From NCBI RefSeq assembly GCF_018977255.1, contig NW_024704743.1:10294001-10358000 (forward strand): a DNA stretch of 64,000 bases, given 5' to 3'. Position numbers and translations under genes: made by a program. This stretch comes from Callorhinchus milii (taxonomy: Eukaryota). The notes beneath the pieces were generated by a model. The model was not told where the DNA came from. It saw nothing but the letters and a program-made list of their open reading frames with translations, and did no database searches. Positions 52,050 to 64,000 of the stretch are shown here, one piece after another (the first letter of the stretch is position 1; each line of letters opens with the position of its first letter).

Positions 52050-54030
52050 GAAAACATTGACATGCTTCATACATGGACTTTCAAAAGGCATTTGACAAAA
52101 TGCCACATGAAAGACTTGTAAGTAAGTTAGAAGCACATGGTATAAAAGGGATAGTGGCAGCATGGAACTGACTGGGAGACAGAAAGCAGAGAGTGGTGGT
52201 GAACGGCTGCTTTTCTGACTGGAGGGAACTGTACAGTGGCGTCCCCCAGGGATCGGTATTAGGACCACTGCTCTTCTTAATATACATAAATGATCTGGAT
52301 TTGGGTATAGCAAGTACCATTTCCAAGTTTGCGGACGACACAAAGTTAGGTAGGGTGGTAAACAGTGAGAAGGATAGTAGCCAATGGCAGGAAGACATAG
52401 ACAGAATGGTAAAATGGGCAGACACATAGCAGATGAGTTTCAATGTAGAGAAATGCAAAGTAATGCATTTTGGTAGAAAGAATGAGGGGAGACAATACAG
52501 GCTAGGTAATACAATCTTAAGGGGGGTAACAGAACAGAGAGACCTGGGGGCTCAGGTAAATTAATCCTTGAAGGTGGCAGGACAGGTAGATAAAGCTGTA
52601 AAAAGGGCATATGGGATACTAGGCTTTATAAATAGGGGCATAGAGTAAAGGAGTCAGGAGGTTATGATTAACCTATATACAACAACAAGATTTTATTTAT
52701 AGAGTGCCTTTCACGTCAGGAGGAGTCCCAAGGCGCTGGACAGTTGGGTCAGGACCCGAGCAGAGGGGAAATGGTCAGGGTGAGGGGAGGGAAGGGAGGG
52801 AGCGAGGAGGGGGTAGAGAGTCGAGAGGGGAGCTGAAGGCATGGTCAAAGAGAAAGGTCTTGAGACCGACCTTGAAGAAGGAATGGGAGGAAGCAAGGCG
52901 AAGGCACTGGGGGATGGAATTCCAGAACCTAGAGGCTGAGAGGCTGAAGGCCCGGCCACCGATGGTAGGGCGGTTGGGGCGGGGGATGTGGAGCAGACAG
53001 GAGCCAGAGGAACGGAGGGTACGGGGAGGTAAGTAGGTCGGAGAGGTAGGAGGGAGCAAGGCCGTGAATGGCCTGGTAGGTGAGGATGAGGATCTTGAAT
53101 TCGATCCTCTGGGGGATGGGGAGCCAGTGGAGGTGAGCGAGGGTGGGAGTGATGTGGTCCCGAAGTCTGGTGCGGGACAGTACACGAGCTGCAGAGTTCT
53201 GAATGACCTGCAGCTTGTGGAGGGAGGTGCCGGGAAGTCCGGTGAGGAGAGAGTTTCCATAGTCCTGCCTTGAGGTGATAAAGGCGTGGACCAGAGTTTC
53301 AGCAGTGTGAGGGGTGAGGTAGTGCCGTAGTCTGGCGATGTTTCGGAGGTGATGGAAGGCGTTGCCAGTTGTGGCGCGGATATGAGGAAGAAAGGACAGC
53401 TCAGGGTCGAACAGAACACCGAGGTTCCTGACTGGCTTTGAGAGGTGGAGAGTGCAGCCTTGGATGCTGATAGCACCTGACAGTATATAAAATACTGGTT
53501 AGACCTCAGTTAGAATAATATGCCCAGTTCTCGGCACCACACTATAGAAAGAATGTTAAGGCATTGGAAAGGGTGCAGAGAAGATTTACAGGGATGGTAC
53601 CAGGAATGAGCGACCTTGATTATGAGGAAAGGCCAGAGAGGTTAGGATTATTCTCATTGGAGCAGAGAAGGTTACGAGGAGACCTAATAGAGGTTTTCAA
53701 AATCATGAGGGGATTTGATAGGTTAGAAAGGGAAGAACTGTTTCCACCGATGGGTGCGTCGGTGACTCGAGGTCACAGATTTAAAATAGTTTCTAAAAGA
53801 AGCAGAGTGGAGGTGAGAAGAAATTTTTTCACACAGCGAGTTGTTCGAATCTGGAACGGATTACCTGAAAGGGTGGTCAAGGCCGACTCGATAACAACTT
53901 TTAAAAATGCGGTGGATGGGTATTTGAAGAGGGTGAGTTTGCAGGGTTATGGGGAGTGGGATTTTTAAAGAGCTGGCACAGACTCGATGGGCCGAATGGC
54001 CTATTTTTTGTGCTGTACGATTCTATGATT
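52050..54030 (+). mobile_element. CR1 3' part (RT and tail) interrupted by a young L2
   Basis: ORF 52193..52429 reads SGVPQGSVLGPLLFLIYINDL..KFADDTK; ORF 53564..53968 is the C-terminus. Confidence 0.95.
52680..53483 (-). mobile_element. Young 5'-truncated L2
   Basis: TATATA duplicated at 52674-52679 and 53484-53489; close to 26785-27933. Confidence 0.95.
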
Positions 54031-54132
54031 CATATCCCCCGCCCTATCCTCCACCACCCCTTTAATAGGTGAGCTTTCAGTCATTGCCCTGCCACCCCCC
54101 ATCCCTCAACCCCCTGGCTCTCTGGAAATCTT

Positions 54133-54440
54133 GTGGAGTCCTGTAGCTCAGTGGTGAGAGCACTAGCTTTGCAAGCGAGAGACCTGAGTTCAATTCCAGG
54201 CAGGGCGAAACCTTACTCCACACGCCTAATAATAATCCCTCCAAAAAAACAAAACAATAATAAATTGGTCATTTTCAATCCACGACTGTTTGTGGGACAT
54301 TGCTGTGCGCAATTGGCTGCCGCGTTCGCCCACAAATATACAGTCAATTCACTCTGCAGTGTGTTCTGTGAAGCGCTTTGGGACATCCTCCTGATGTGAA
54401 AAGCGCTATATCAAATGCAAGGATTATTATTATTATTATT
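54133..54440 (+). mobile_element. Young SINE subfamily A (small internal deletion between CCTT repeats)
   Basis: As the other A copies, but lacking GGGCAAGTTTCCTT. Confidence 0.95.
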
Positions 54441-54671
54441 AAATCCAACCTTGTGTCTCTCATAGCCTTTCAAGGGTTACCTCTTTGACCATGGATTTGG
54501 CGCTCTTCCTCTCTCCCAATCCACTGTAGCTCTCATTCCCCACCCCTCACTTTCTGCCTGGGGTGCCCTGCCAGCTCTTTAAAGCACTTTGAGATGTCCT
54601 CCCAAAATAAAAGGCATTAAATATAATCCGAATGAATCATATGTAGACAGGAACAAGCCTGCCGTGTTAAA

Positions 54672-54930
54672 TGACTCAATTACATTGGAATTCCAGTGAC
54701 AAACGTGGGAAATAAGGACGATTATGTTCCTGGAAGGAATAAAGGAATCCAGAAGTGTTCAAGTGGATCTGAGAATGTTGTGATTGAGCTCAAGGTTAGA
54801 AAAAGCTCTGTGTTTTTTTTGTGGTCAGCCGGATGTCTGCTACATGCAGAAACCAATCATCATGCTTCAGAGTATCCAAACTAAACTGAGAGTTACAAGC
54901 ATCCCACCTACACATGGAAATTCCCATGAA
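54672..54930. promoter_or_regulatory. AP-1/STAT/NF-kB motif cluster
   Basis: TGACTCA 54672-78; TTCCTGGAA 54727-35; GGAAATTCCC 54916-25; TTCCCATGAA 54921-30. Confidence 0.35.
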
Positions 54931-55844
54931 TTACAATGGAATTTGTATTACATTGTAATACAATACATTTGATATGACACACTTCTTGTGGGGAGGACAT
55001 CTCAAAGCTCTTTACAGGACTTACCGTAAGGTGCAGTGACTGTATTTTGTAGAAAAACGCAGCAGCTATGATATGAAACAACCACACTTTCTGGAGGACT
55101 GTTGGCCAGGACAACAGGAGAAACTTCCTTCTCTGAATATTGCCAGTGGGATATTAACATTCACCTGAACAGGCAGGCAGAACCTCAGTTTAATGTCTCA
55201 TTCGAAGAGCAACACCTCTAACAATGCAACATTTTCCCTAGTATTGGAGTATCAGAGTGGATTCAAAGTCCCGATGTGGGGCTTGAACCCATAACCTTCA
55301 CAGATGAGAGTGCTACTAACTGAACCAGACTGACACACGCAATATGTCTTTCTATAGTTTCGTTAAGAGGAAACAGCACTGTCTATGTCACTGCACCTGC
55401 GCTGGGCAATAGGTCTAATGAGGGTTAATTGTAAGGTTAATATAATAATGTAGCCCCATTACCCAACAGCTGTGCATGATATTTCAGCAAAAACATTCAC
55501 ACATGCAACTAATTTGGAACAAACCAAACAAAGGAAGCCTTTAATAAGAAGGAGCACAAGAAGAGTAATTGTGCGTGTGGTTGGAATGCTTGTAATTGTG
55601 TCCAATAGAAGTGTTCCTTCTTTTTGCAATGAGCTACATTTACTACTAATGGTTTGCTGCTGTGAATTAAAACCACATTACGGTTACTGTTCGAGCTTTT
55701 ATTTGTTGTTCATCTTTTGACAGTGCACATACATTGTGGTGGTTAGTTCTTCCTTCCATGGAATAAAGAAAACTACTGCAACATTGTACGTCCCTAATCT
55801 CTGGAACTCCTTGTTTCAATCCCTCTGCCTCGCCCCATCTTTAT

Positions 55845-56640
55845 CTAAAAAGCAGGGTGATCAAAAGCATGATCGAAGAGGAGGGTCTTGAGATGGGTCT
55901 TGAAGGAGGCAAGGGGACATGGCAGAGGGACTGTGGAATGGAGTTCCAAAGGGTGGAGGCAGAGTGGCAGAATGCCCTCCCGGCAACAGCGGGATGAGCA
56001 AGACGGGGGATGTGAAGCAGGTCGGAGCCCGCAGACCAGAGGGAGCGAGCAGGATGGTAGGGAGGAGTAAGGCCATGGAGGGCTTTGAAGGTGAGGACCA
56101 GGATCTTGAAATGTATCCTGTGTGATGGGAAGCCAGTGGAGTTGGGCGAGGATGGGAGAGGACACGGGCTGCAGAGCTCTGGATGATCTGCGGCCTATAG
56201 AGGGAGGAGTTGGAGAGGCCGACAAACAAGGAGTTTGCATGCTCAAACCTTGATGTAATGAAAGCGTTTATGGGGGCTTCGGCAGCCTGCGGTGTGAGAC
56301 AGTGGCGGAGCCGGGTAATGTTGCGGATGTGGGGGAAGGCAGAGCGGGTCATGGCACAGATGTGGAGTAGAAAGGATAATTGAGGGTCAAACAAGACACC
56401 AAGGTTCCGGACTGGCTTAGCAAGGTGGAGGGTGCATCCATGGATGGTGATGCTGTCAGCGCCTGAGGTGTTTCGATCTTGTTGACGTTCAACTGAAGAA
56501 AGTTAGCTCTCTTCCAGGACTTGATGTCCGATAGACATTCTGTCAGGACAGCAGTGATCCTGGAATCAAGGGTACATATATACATAAGTATCATTATACA
56601 ACCACATATCAACCTGTCCTCTACCCCCACTCAGTAGCCT
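55845..56640 (-). mobile_element. L2 LINE 3' part
   Basis: ORFs read CLSDIKSW..NFLQLNVNK and HIRNITRLRHCLT..AFITSR. Confidence 0.9.
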
Positions 56641-57532
56641 GCTCTACGTCCCCCGCCCGGCCCACCCCACCATTGACGGTCGGAGCTTCAGCCTCTCTTC
56701 CCCCCACTTTGGAACTCTATCCCATATTCCTTTCGCCTCACTACCTCCTTTGCCTGCTTCAAGGCACATCTCAAGACCCTCCATTTCACCTGTGCCTTCG
56801 TTCATCCTCCTACTCTCCCTGCCCTCCACCCTCCCTGATTCCAAACCCCAGCTCGGGTCCAAATCCCTGACTGTCATTTGACATGAAAGGCACTATTCAA
56901 ATATAATTTTGTATTGTAATGTATACATGCACACACATACATAAAAAATAAAAATTGGTCACTCACTCCAAGGCTGTTTGTGAAACACTGCTATGCACAA
57001 CTGGCTGCCGCATTTTGCCTACAAAACACACAGTCAATCCAGTTACACTATATCCTATGAAGCGCTTTACAATGTGAAAGACATGATAACAAATGCAAGG
57101 ATTATTATTACATAGCAACAACAACACATTGCATTTGTATCACACCTTTCACATTAAACGGCATGGAAACATGCAGTAACACGTGCACATGCACATACAT
57201 ACATACTTGCTGTCGGGCACTCTGGCAGAATTACAACTGATCTTGGAACTCAATGTTCCAAGTCAGAATTGACATGCAAAGTCTTCTGTTTGCCATAGTT
57301 ACAAATTCCACAACAAGGAGTCAAGGGATCAGGCTTGCAACAGCAAAGGTGTCGATTGAGTTCAGACGTAACTACTTTATATAGAGTGGTGAATCTGCTG
57401 AATACATCCTCCATGGAAGCTGTGGGGGCAGATTGTCTGAGGAAACTCAGGAAGGAGGGAATTAAATAGGTATTTGATAAAGAAATTGATTGAGGGGGCA
57501 TGCAAAATAGAAATAATGGAATTTTTTTTTAC

Positions 57533-57596
57533 CTTCGACCTCAGTGATCTTTTCTAGTTGCATGTACTCCTTTCCTTCTGTGTCTCTTTGGGACAT
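57533..57596 (-). CDS. Candidate ATG-containing exon (MSQRDTEGKEYMQLEKITEVE..)
   Basis: 21 open codons from ATG to an AAG|gtaaaa donor in unique sequence; no homolog recognised. Confidence 0.2.
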
Positions 57597-59109
57597 TGAA
57601 GCACATAACAATTAATAATAAAATTTTCTCAAAGAGAGTTTGTTGATGGCTTTGGTGGGGGAATGCTTTTGATGGCTGATGTTATGTAAACTGCGCATTC
57701 TGTGTAATACTCTCAAAGAAAGCAAACCAAGTATTGAATCTTCAGAGTATCACAGAAATCTGTGTTGGGCAATAGACAGAAATGCTTGTAAACACATTCT
57801 AACAAAGCTTCAACGGCAAATAAGATAAATATATAAGGCAACATCAAAGTGCTCCAGTGAACTGCAGTTAAGGCACTTTACTTCCCAGCTGTAAACTGAA
57901 GCATTCACTTGAGAACTACAAAGTTAACTGGACCCATGATCTATCATTTCATAAGTCAAACAGTTTATGCAGAAAAAAACTAAATTCAAACAAAACACTG
58001 AAGTTAGCATTAGGAGTTTCCCGGGGTTTAATGTTTCCTTGTGAGAAGTGCCTAAGTCTTTCTTACCACTGATTAATGACGAGCCAATGCACTGGGATCT
58101 TTAGGAACTGTGAGGAAATGTAAGTCGTAGTAAAGAATGACTAGAATCCAACTTCAGTCACTGCTCAGTGCATTTGATATTCCTTGTAAAAAAAGATCAA
58201 AGAAAATGCTTGGAAAAAATACCACATCCATTGAATTTGTATCAAATCCACCTTCCTGTTCAGGTAGACATTAAAGATCGCTTGGCACTGTTTGAAAAGA
58301 GAAAGGAATTTCTCCCAGTGTCCTGGCCAACAATCCCCCAAATAAAATTGTTCATTCACTTCATGACTGTTTGTGGGATTTTGTTGTGTGCAAATTTGCT
58401 GTGTGGTTGCCTACAAATAATCAATCACTATTCATGTTGTCTCTGATGAAGTATTACATACTTGAATAATTCATGAGCAAGTGTTGTCAAATATAATCTG
58501 AGCCTTGCGATGGCTCCCAACATGAAATACACTATATAAATGTAAATTGGTTTGTATTATAAATTGTATTCTATATATCATATTAAATATTAAAGGCATC
58601 TGCCTACAAAATACTATCAATGTGCTTTAGTTAAGTGCTTTGAGACATCCTCCCTATGTGAAGGGTGCTATATCAAATGCAAGGTTTATTTTATACATTC
58701 TGTGCTTTTTTAAGTGAGAAGTTCTATTCCATATCTGATAAGTTTTCTAAGCAGAAATGGATATTGCAACAGATAATAATGGATAATAATATTCCTTGTT
58801 TTTGATATAGCACTTTATCACATCATTGAGATGCTTCACATGATTTACTGTGAAGTGTGGTGACTGTGTTTTTGTAGGCAAGTGCAGGAGCCAATTTGTG
58901 CACAGCAATGTCCCACAAACAAACCATGAAGTAAATGATCAATTTTATCTGGGAGATTATTGGCTAGAACACCAGAAGAAACTCCCTTCTCTTTTCGAAT
59001 AGTGCCAAGCGATCTTTAACATCCACCTGAACAAGCTTTGATTTAATAACTCAACTGAAGCACCTCCGATGTGTAGCAAACTTCACCTGACCGACCAGTG
59101 ATCTGGGAT

Positions 59110-59670
59110 ACAACAACAGCAAGATTACATTTATATAGCGCCTTTCACGTCGGGAGGACATCCCAAGATGCTGGACAGTGTACAGCATTTCAGACCCGAG
59201 ATGGGGTCAGGGCGGGAGAAGGGAGGGGAGGGGAAGGGGGATGGCCGATGGCATGGTTAAAGAGGAGGGTTTTGAGGCGGGACTTGAAGGAGGCTAAGGA
59301 GGGGGTGAGGCAAAGTGATTGGGAGATGGAATTTCAGAGGTTGTGGGCATAGTGGCTGAAGGCCTTCAGCTGGTGGGACGGGCATGTCGGGGGATGTGGA
59401 GCAGTCTGGAGCCGGCTGAGCGGAGGGAGCGGGCAGGTTGGTAGGGGATTAGGAGATCACAGAGGTAGGGTGGGGCGAGGCCATGGAGGCCTTTGTAGGT
59501 GAGGACCTGGATCTTGAACTGGATCATCTGAAGGATAGGGAGCCAATGGAGTCGGGCGAGAGTGGGGAAGATGGGGTCATGGAGTTTGGTGCAGGAGAGG
59601 ACACGGGCTGCAGAGTTCTGGATTATCTCTAGACTGTGGAGGGAGGAGTTGGGAAGGCCGACAATAGAAG
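59110..59670 (-). mobile_element. L2 LINE 3' fragment
   Basis: (CAA)n tail with CGCCTTTCACGTCGGGAGGACATCCC; L2 ORF2 C-terminal sequence. Confidence 0.88.
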
Positions 59671-60639
59671 TGGCTTTGCAGCAAAGTAATATGACCTGGA
59701 GTAAAATTGAGCTTTAATTCACGGTGTCTTACAGTGAATAGCATACCCAGTGTATAGAAAAGGTATGTAATTTTGCAAACTGTATAGAATGCACAGTTCA
59801 CCGGGGTTCAAAATATCTGCTCCCCAACAATGTACAGCTCGGATTAAATTCATCCCCAGTGCAGTATGGATCAGGGCAGTGTATATATCAAAGCAAATCA
59901 CAGCTGTTTTTACTGCCGCCTAGTAAATCATATGTGTAACTAATGTCAGGCATGCATGCTGACATAGGCATAATGCATCTCAAATTTAGAGGCTGTCTGC
60001 CTTTGTAACTGGGGCTTGACATTAGTTTTATAACAGATGCTACAGTGCTGACATCACGTGATTGTCAAAATTAAACCACATCACCCTCACTCACCCATCA
60101 ATGTTAAGATACGGCGCAATCTGAAGCCTGATATTTCTCTTGTTCTTGAGACCCATTGTCTTTAAATTTAAGATCGTGCACGATTTGGGAAATTTCAACT
60201 CAGTTTGGAAGCCATATTTTTTCTGCGGTTATTTTTAACATAATTCCAACTTCAAGACTTAATGTAATTATTTTCGATAGCTGTGGAATACTGGCTTCTA
60301 AATTCATTTTGAATTTAAGAACTTTTCTAAAATTCTAATAGATTGGTTTGGATGAAGACAGCCCTTCGGCCCATCCGATCTCATCTCTCCAGAGCACCCA
60401 CCCTACCATCCCATCATCACAGCATCAAGCTGCTCTTTAAATGAATCAAGTGTCCAGGCCTCTACTCCTGGTAATCTGTTCCAGTCATTCATTATCCCTG
60501 TGCAAAATATTATCTTCCTGCTAACTGTCTTGAAATTGCCCTTTACAATTCTAAACCTATGTCCTCTTGTTCTACTGTCATGATGCATCCTAAAGTAATT
60601 TTAATCTCATTTAAAATTTTATTTGTCCTGCACCTTGCC

Positions 60640-61000
60640 TCCATGGTCTTACTCCCCCCTACCTCTCTGACCTCCTAACCGCTTACCACCCTGTTTGCTC
60701 CCTCTGCTCAGTGGACTCTGGCCTGCTTCATGTCCCCTGCCGTGGGGCCTTCCGCCACTCTACACCCACCCTCTGGAACTCCATCCCGCAGTTCCTCCAT
60801 CTCGCCTCCTCGCTGGCCACCTTCAAGACCTACCTCAAGACCCTACTCTTCGACCGTGCTTTCGATCTCCCTGCTTTCCCCCCCACCGCCCGCCACCCTC
60901 TCCCACCCTGACCCACAGCTCAGGTAACTCTATCTGTCCAGCACCTTGAGACGTTCTCCCGACGTGAAAAGCGCTATACAAATGTAACGTTGTTTTCATT
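60640..61000 (+). mobile_element. L2 LINE 3' fragment
   Basis: ORF 60711..60911 reads PTLWNSIP..FKTYLKTLLFDRAF; L2 tail. Confidence 0.88.
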
Positions 61001-61366
61001 TGTTGTCTCCTCTGAGTTGTCTTTGCTCAAGACTGAGGAACCCAACAGTAACTTGACCTTCTTCTGCACTGTAAATTTTTATGGTTCTATGGTAAAGCAT
61101 AGCACATATCCTCCAAGTCAATGCATATCCAATTGAGGTAAGAATTTACCTCCACATTAGGATTTACCTGAATGAGGAACGCTGGCTTTTTTTTGCCAGT
61201 AACTTTGTTGACTACAGTTTGTGTACATTGGAAGACCAATTTACACTGATCTTTTTACTGTGACTCTAGATTGGGATTCCATTACAATAACAATTTTATT
61301 TGCATTGAATATGGCACTAATCATATAGTCAAAACATCTCAAAGCATTTCACAGGGTAAATTGTAA

Positions 61367-62050
61367 AGGGTTATGACCTGGGCCAATAGAAAAGTGCAGA
61401 AATATTTGCCAAAATGCAGAGTGCTTTATAAATCCTGCAGAAGGTTGCGGAGAAAATTGCTGCATTTTGCAGAAAATTGCGGAGGGTTCATTGATTGATG
61501 CTATTGAGAGACGCATTTTGCTGATAACCTACATTTTTTCTCTTCTCTTATTTTTAAAAACTGAACAATGAACAAATAACACATCATAGATTATTAGAAA
61601 AAAACAATTTATTAATGTTTTCTTTAACAAAAACAAACATTACACCTTTCAAAAGTTGCAGAAGTGCAGTTTCAATCGGTGGTCTCATCTAGGGACAAGT
61701 ACACATGTTTCTTCAAAAATGTTTCATGCTCAGGAATAAGCTCCTTCAAATATGTATTATGAAGTTTTGATGGTGTTGGAATAGTCCCTCCCTGTTTTGT
61801 GTACTTGCATAGAAACTCTTGGAAGGCAGGAGCTTTTTAAAGCGGTATGTGTGATCTAGTCAAACACTGCACAAAATTTGAATTCTTTCCTCTACATAGA
61901 TGATGCAGTGACTCTAGAGAAACAGGTTGTTAGAGCAAATTTTCTTTGACATCCAGATTCATCCACGTTTACTGTATATTCCTAACACAATAAACAATTA
62001 TATAATTAAATATATTGCATATAATAAATATATATTAAAATGGAAAAATT
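61367..62050 (-). mobile_element. Fossil hAT DNA transposon with a CGGBP1-like transposase fragment (61672-61878)
   Basis: Minus-strand translation NFVQCLTRSHIPL*KAPAFQEFLCKYTKQGGTIPTPSKLHNTYL..VYLSLDETTD*; repeated TGCAGAA/TGCGGAG subterminal motifs. Confidence 0.7.
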
Positions 62051-63511
62051 GTAAGTGATGAAACTCTGAACTGTTTGTTTGTGGGACATTGCTGTGAGCA
62101 AATTGGCTGCTGCATTTGCCAGAATACACAGTAACCACACTTTACAATAATTGTGAAGTGCTTTGAGGCTCCTTGCAGTGTGAAAGGTACCAAATCAAAT
62201 GGAAGGATTTTAAAAAAATATTATACATATAATTATAGACTTTTGAAAATCAGTCTTAATTTGGAAGTCAGCTCTAAAAAGTGCAGAAAAAAATGTCTTC
62301 CAAATTCATTCTGTGGTTCCAGGACCATAGAACCATAAAAGTTTAAGGCACAGAAGCAGGTCAATCAGCTCTTCATGTCTGTGCAATCCTTTTAAAGAGT
62401 AATCATTTCAGTTCCATTTCCCTGCCTTTTCCCCGTACCAAAATGCAGAAAAAAGCATATTAATATTTAACTATGACCTTCAATCAAAACTCATGAACCA
62501 TTTTGCAAAGGTGGGACAAAACCTTAGGTAAGTTTCCTTACTCTACACATCTCTGTTTACCTAGCAGTAAGTAGGAACCCAGTTGTTAGTCGATTGGCAT
62601 ATCGCATTCTTGGTGGGTAATAATCACCACCCCCAAAAAAATGTGGTCACTCAATTCACTTCACAATATATTCTATGAAGCACTTTAGATGTCTCAACTG
62701 CATGATAAGGCACAATATCAAATGCAAATATTATTATTACTGTTTTCCAGAACATAGTGTATAGATCCGCTGAAATCCTGTGAAATCCTGAGGCACCTCC
62801 ACACGTAGGTATGCAATGCATTGAACCAGCTTCCAAAGTAGGATTGAACAGTAGAAAATTCTACAATTTTGGACAACCTTAAATTTTTAGACAAAATGCT
62901 TTGACAGGCTGAATTTTAGACCACAGATTTGAGACATAACCTTTGTTGCTTACCTCTACCCTCTGGGCTATGGCTGTGCACAGCTCACATTCAACAGCAA
63001 CAGATTTTCATAAATTAAATGCTAACACCTTGCCATAATATATTCAGGCACTCTTCTTTACTTTATATGTTTATTGATTGGGAAACAATGATACACAACC
63101 ATCTGGAACTATTTGGCAAGTTTCTGACCCAGTCGAGCTCTGTGCGTGACCTGATGCAGAACCTGATGTGTGCTGCTTGCCCACAGGTCGAGCTTATTGT
63201 TTTCGAATGCACTGGAGGCCTGATGATGGGAGCATTCTTTTTAAAAGGAACATCTGCTCAGCACTGATTCATTCATCACGCACTGTGTGTACCTTGCTTG
63301 TTTAACAGGACAGTCAAAAGAAATGCTATGTGCCCATCAATCGGGCACGTTTCCACCGAATGGAAACCTTGTGGTTGTTTGCTGCCCCCTTGAGACTTCC
63401 GATGGCCGTAGAGATCTCTCGGGATTTGAGACTGGGGAGAATGTTGCTATTACATTGAGGAAGAAAGGAAGGAAGAAGCGACAACAGCAACTTGCACTAA
63501 TGTAATGCCTT

Positions 63512-63803
63512 TTTGCAAGCGAGAGACCTGAGTTCAATTCCAGGCAGAGGGCGAAACCTTGGGCAAGTTTCCTTACTCCATATGCCTAATAATAATCCCT
63601 CCAAAACCAAACCCAATAATAAATTGGTCATTTTCAATCTACGACTGTTTGTGGGACATTGCTGTGCGCAATTGGCTGCCGCGTTTGCTCACAAATATAC
63701 AGTCAATTCACTTTACAGTGTGTTCCGTGAAGCGCTTTGGGACGTCCTCTCGACGTGAAAAGCGCTATATCAAATGCAAGAATTATTATTATTATTATTA
63801 TTT
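63512..63803 (+). mobile_element. Young SINE subfamily A, 5'-truncated at the anticodon loop
   Basis: Matches the A copies from TTTGCAAGCGAG to the (TTA)n tail. Confidence 0.95.
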
Positions 63804-64000
63804 CATGTAGGATAAGTTCTTATAGTATGCAAACCTGAACAACATGGAATTGGAGTGTGAGACGGAGTAAGATGGAGTTGACTGAAGGCCTGGTCAAAGG
63901 CAGGGTTTCTTTTTAAGAGTTTTGAAAACAGGAAGGGAATGAATGAAGCAGAAATATAATAGCAGGGAGTTGTGGAGAGCAGGTGTCCAGTAGCTTGAAG

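Noticed and set aside
63019..63537. ORFs in unique sequence near the window end
   Set aside because: No recognisable homology and no consistent splice frame.
1..64000. CRISPR arrays, operons or other prokaryotic/viral systems
   Set aside because: No repeat-spacer arrays or dense long ORFs; the content is vertebrate retrotransposon-rich DNA.

Overview
Eukaryotic genomic DNA, inferred to be from a cartilaginous fish (possibly a holocephalan) on the basis of its repeat content: CR1 LINEs, L2 LINEs with (TTG)n tails, tRNA-derived DeuSINE-type SINEs with (TTA)n tails and Penelope-like fragments. Roughly half of the window is transposon-derived, often nested three deep. No intact protein-coding gene can be named, and nearly all ORFs in the track are LINE or SINE debris. 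A few minus-strand micro-exon candidates with good splice signals hint that the window may lie in large introns of an unidentified gene (low confidence). Main points of interest: (1) the same L2/CR1 chimeric junction at two loci 16 kb apart, inverted; (2) a SINE lineage with CORE-like and Deu-like domains whose 3' stem-loop co-varies with the young L2; (3) two ~120-bp fold-back elements with a compensatory change; (4) a fossil CGGBP1-like hAT transposase; (5) a hammerhead-like motif in a Penelope fragment; (6) a pre-miRNA-sized hairpin; (7) several dense TF-motif clusters. Element boundaries are read by eye and are approximate unless stated to the base.
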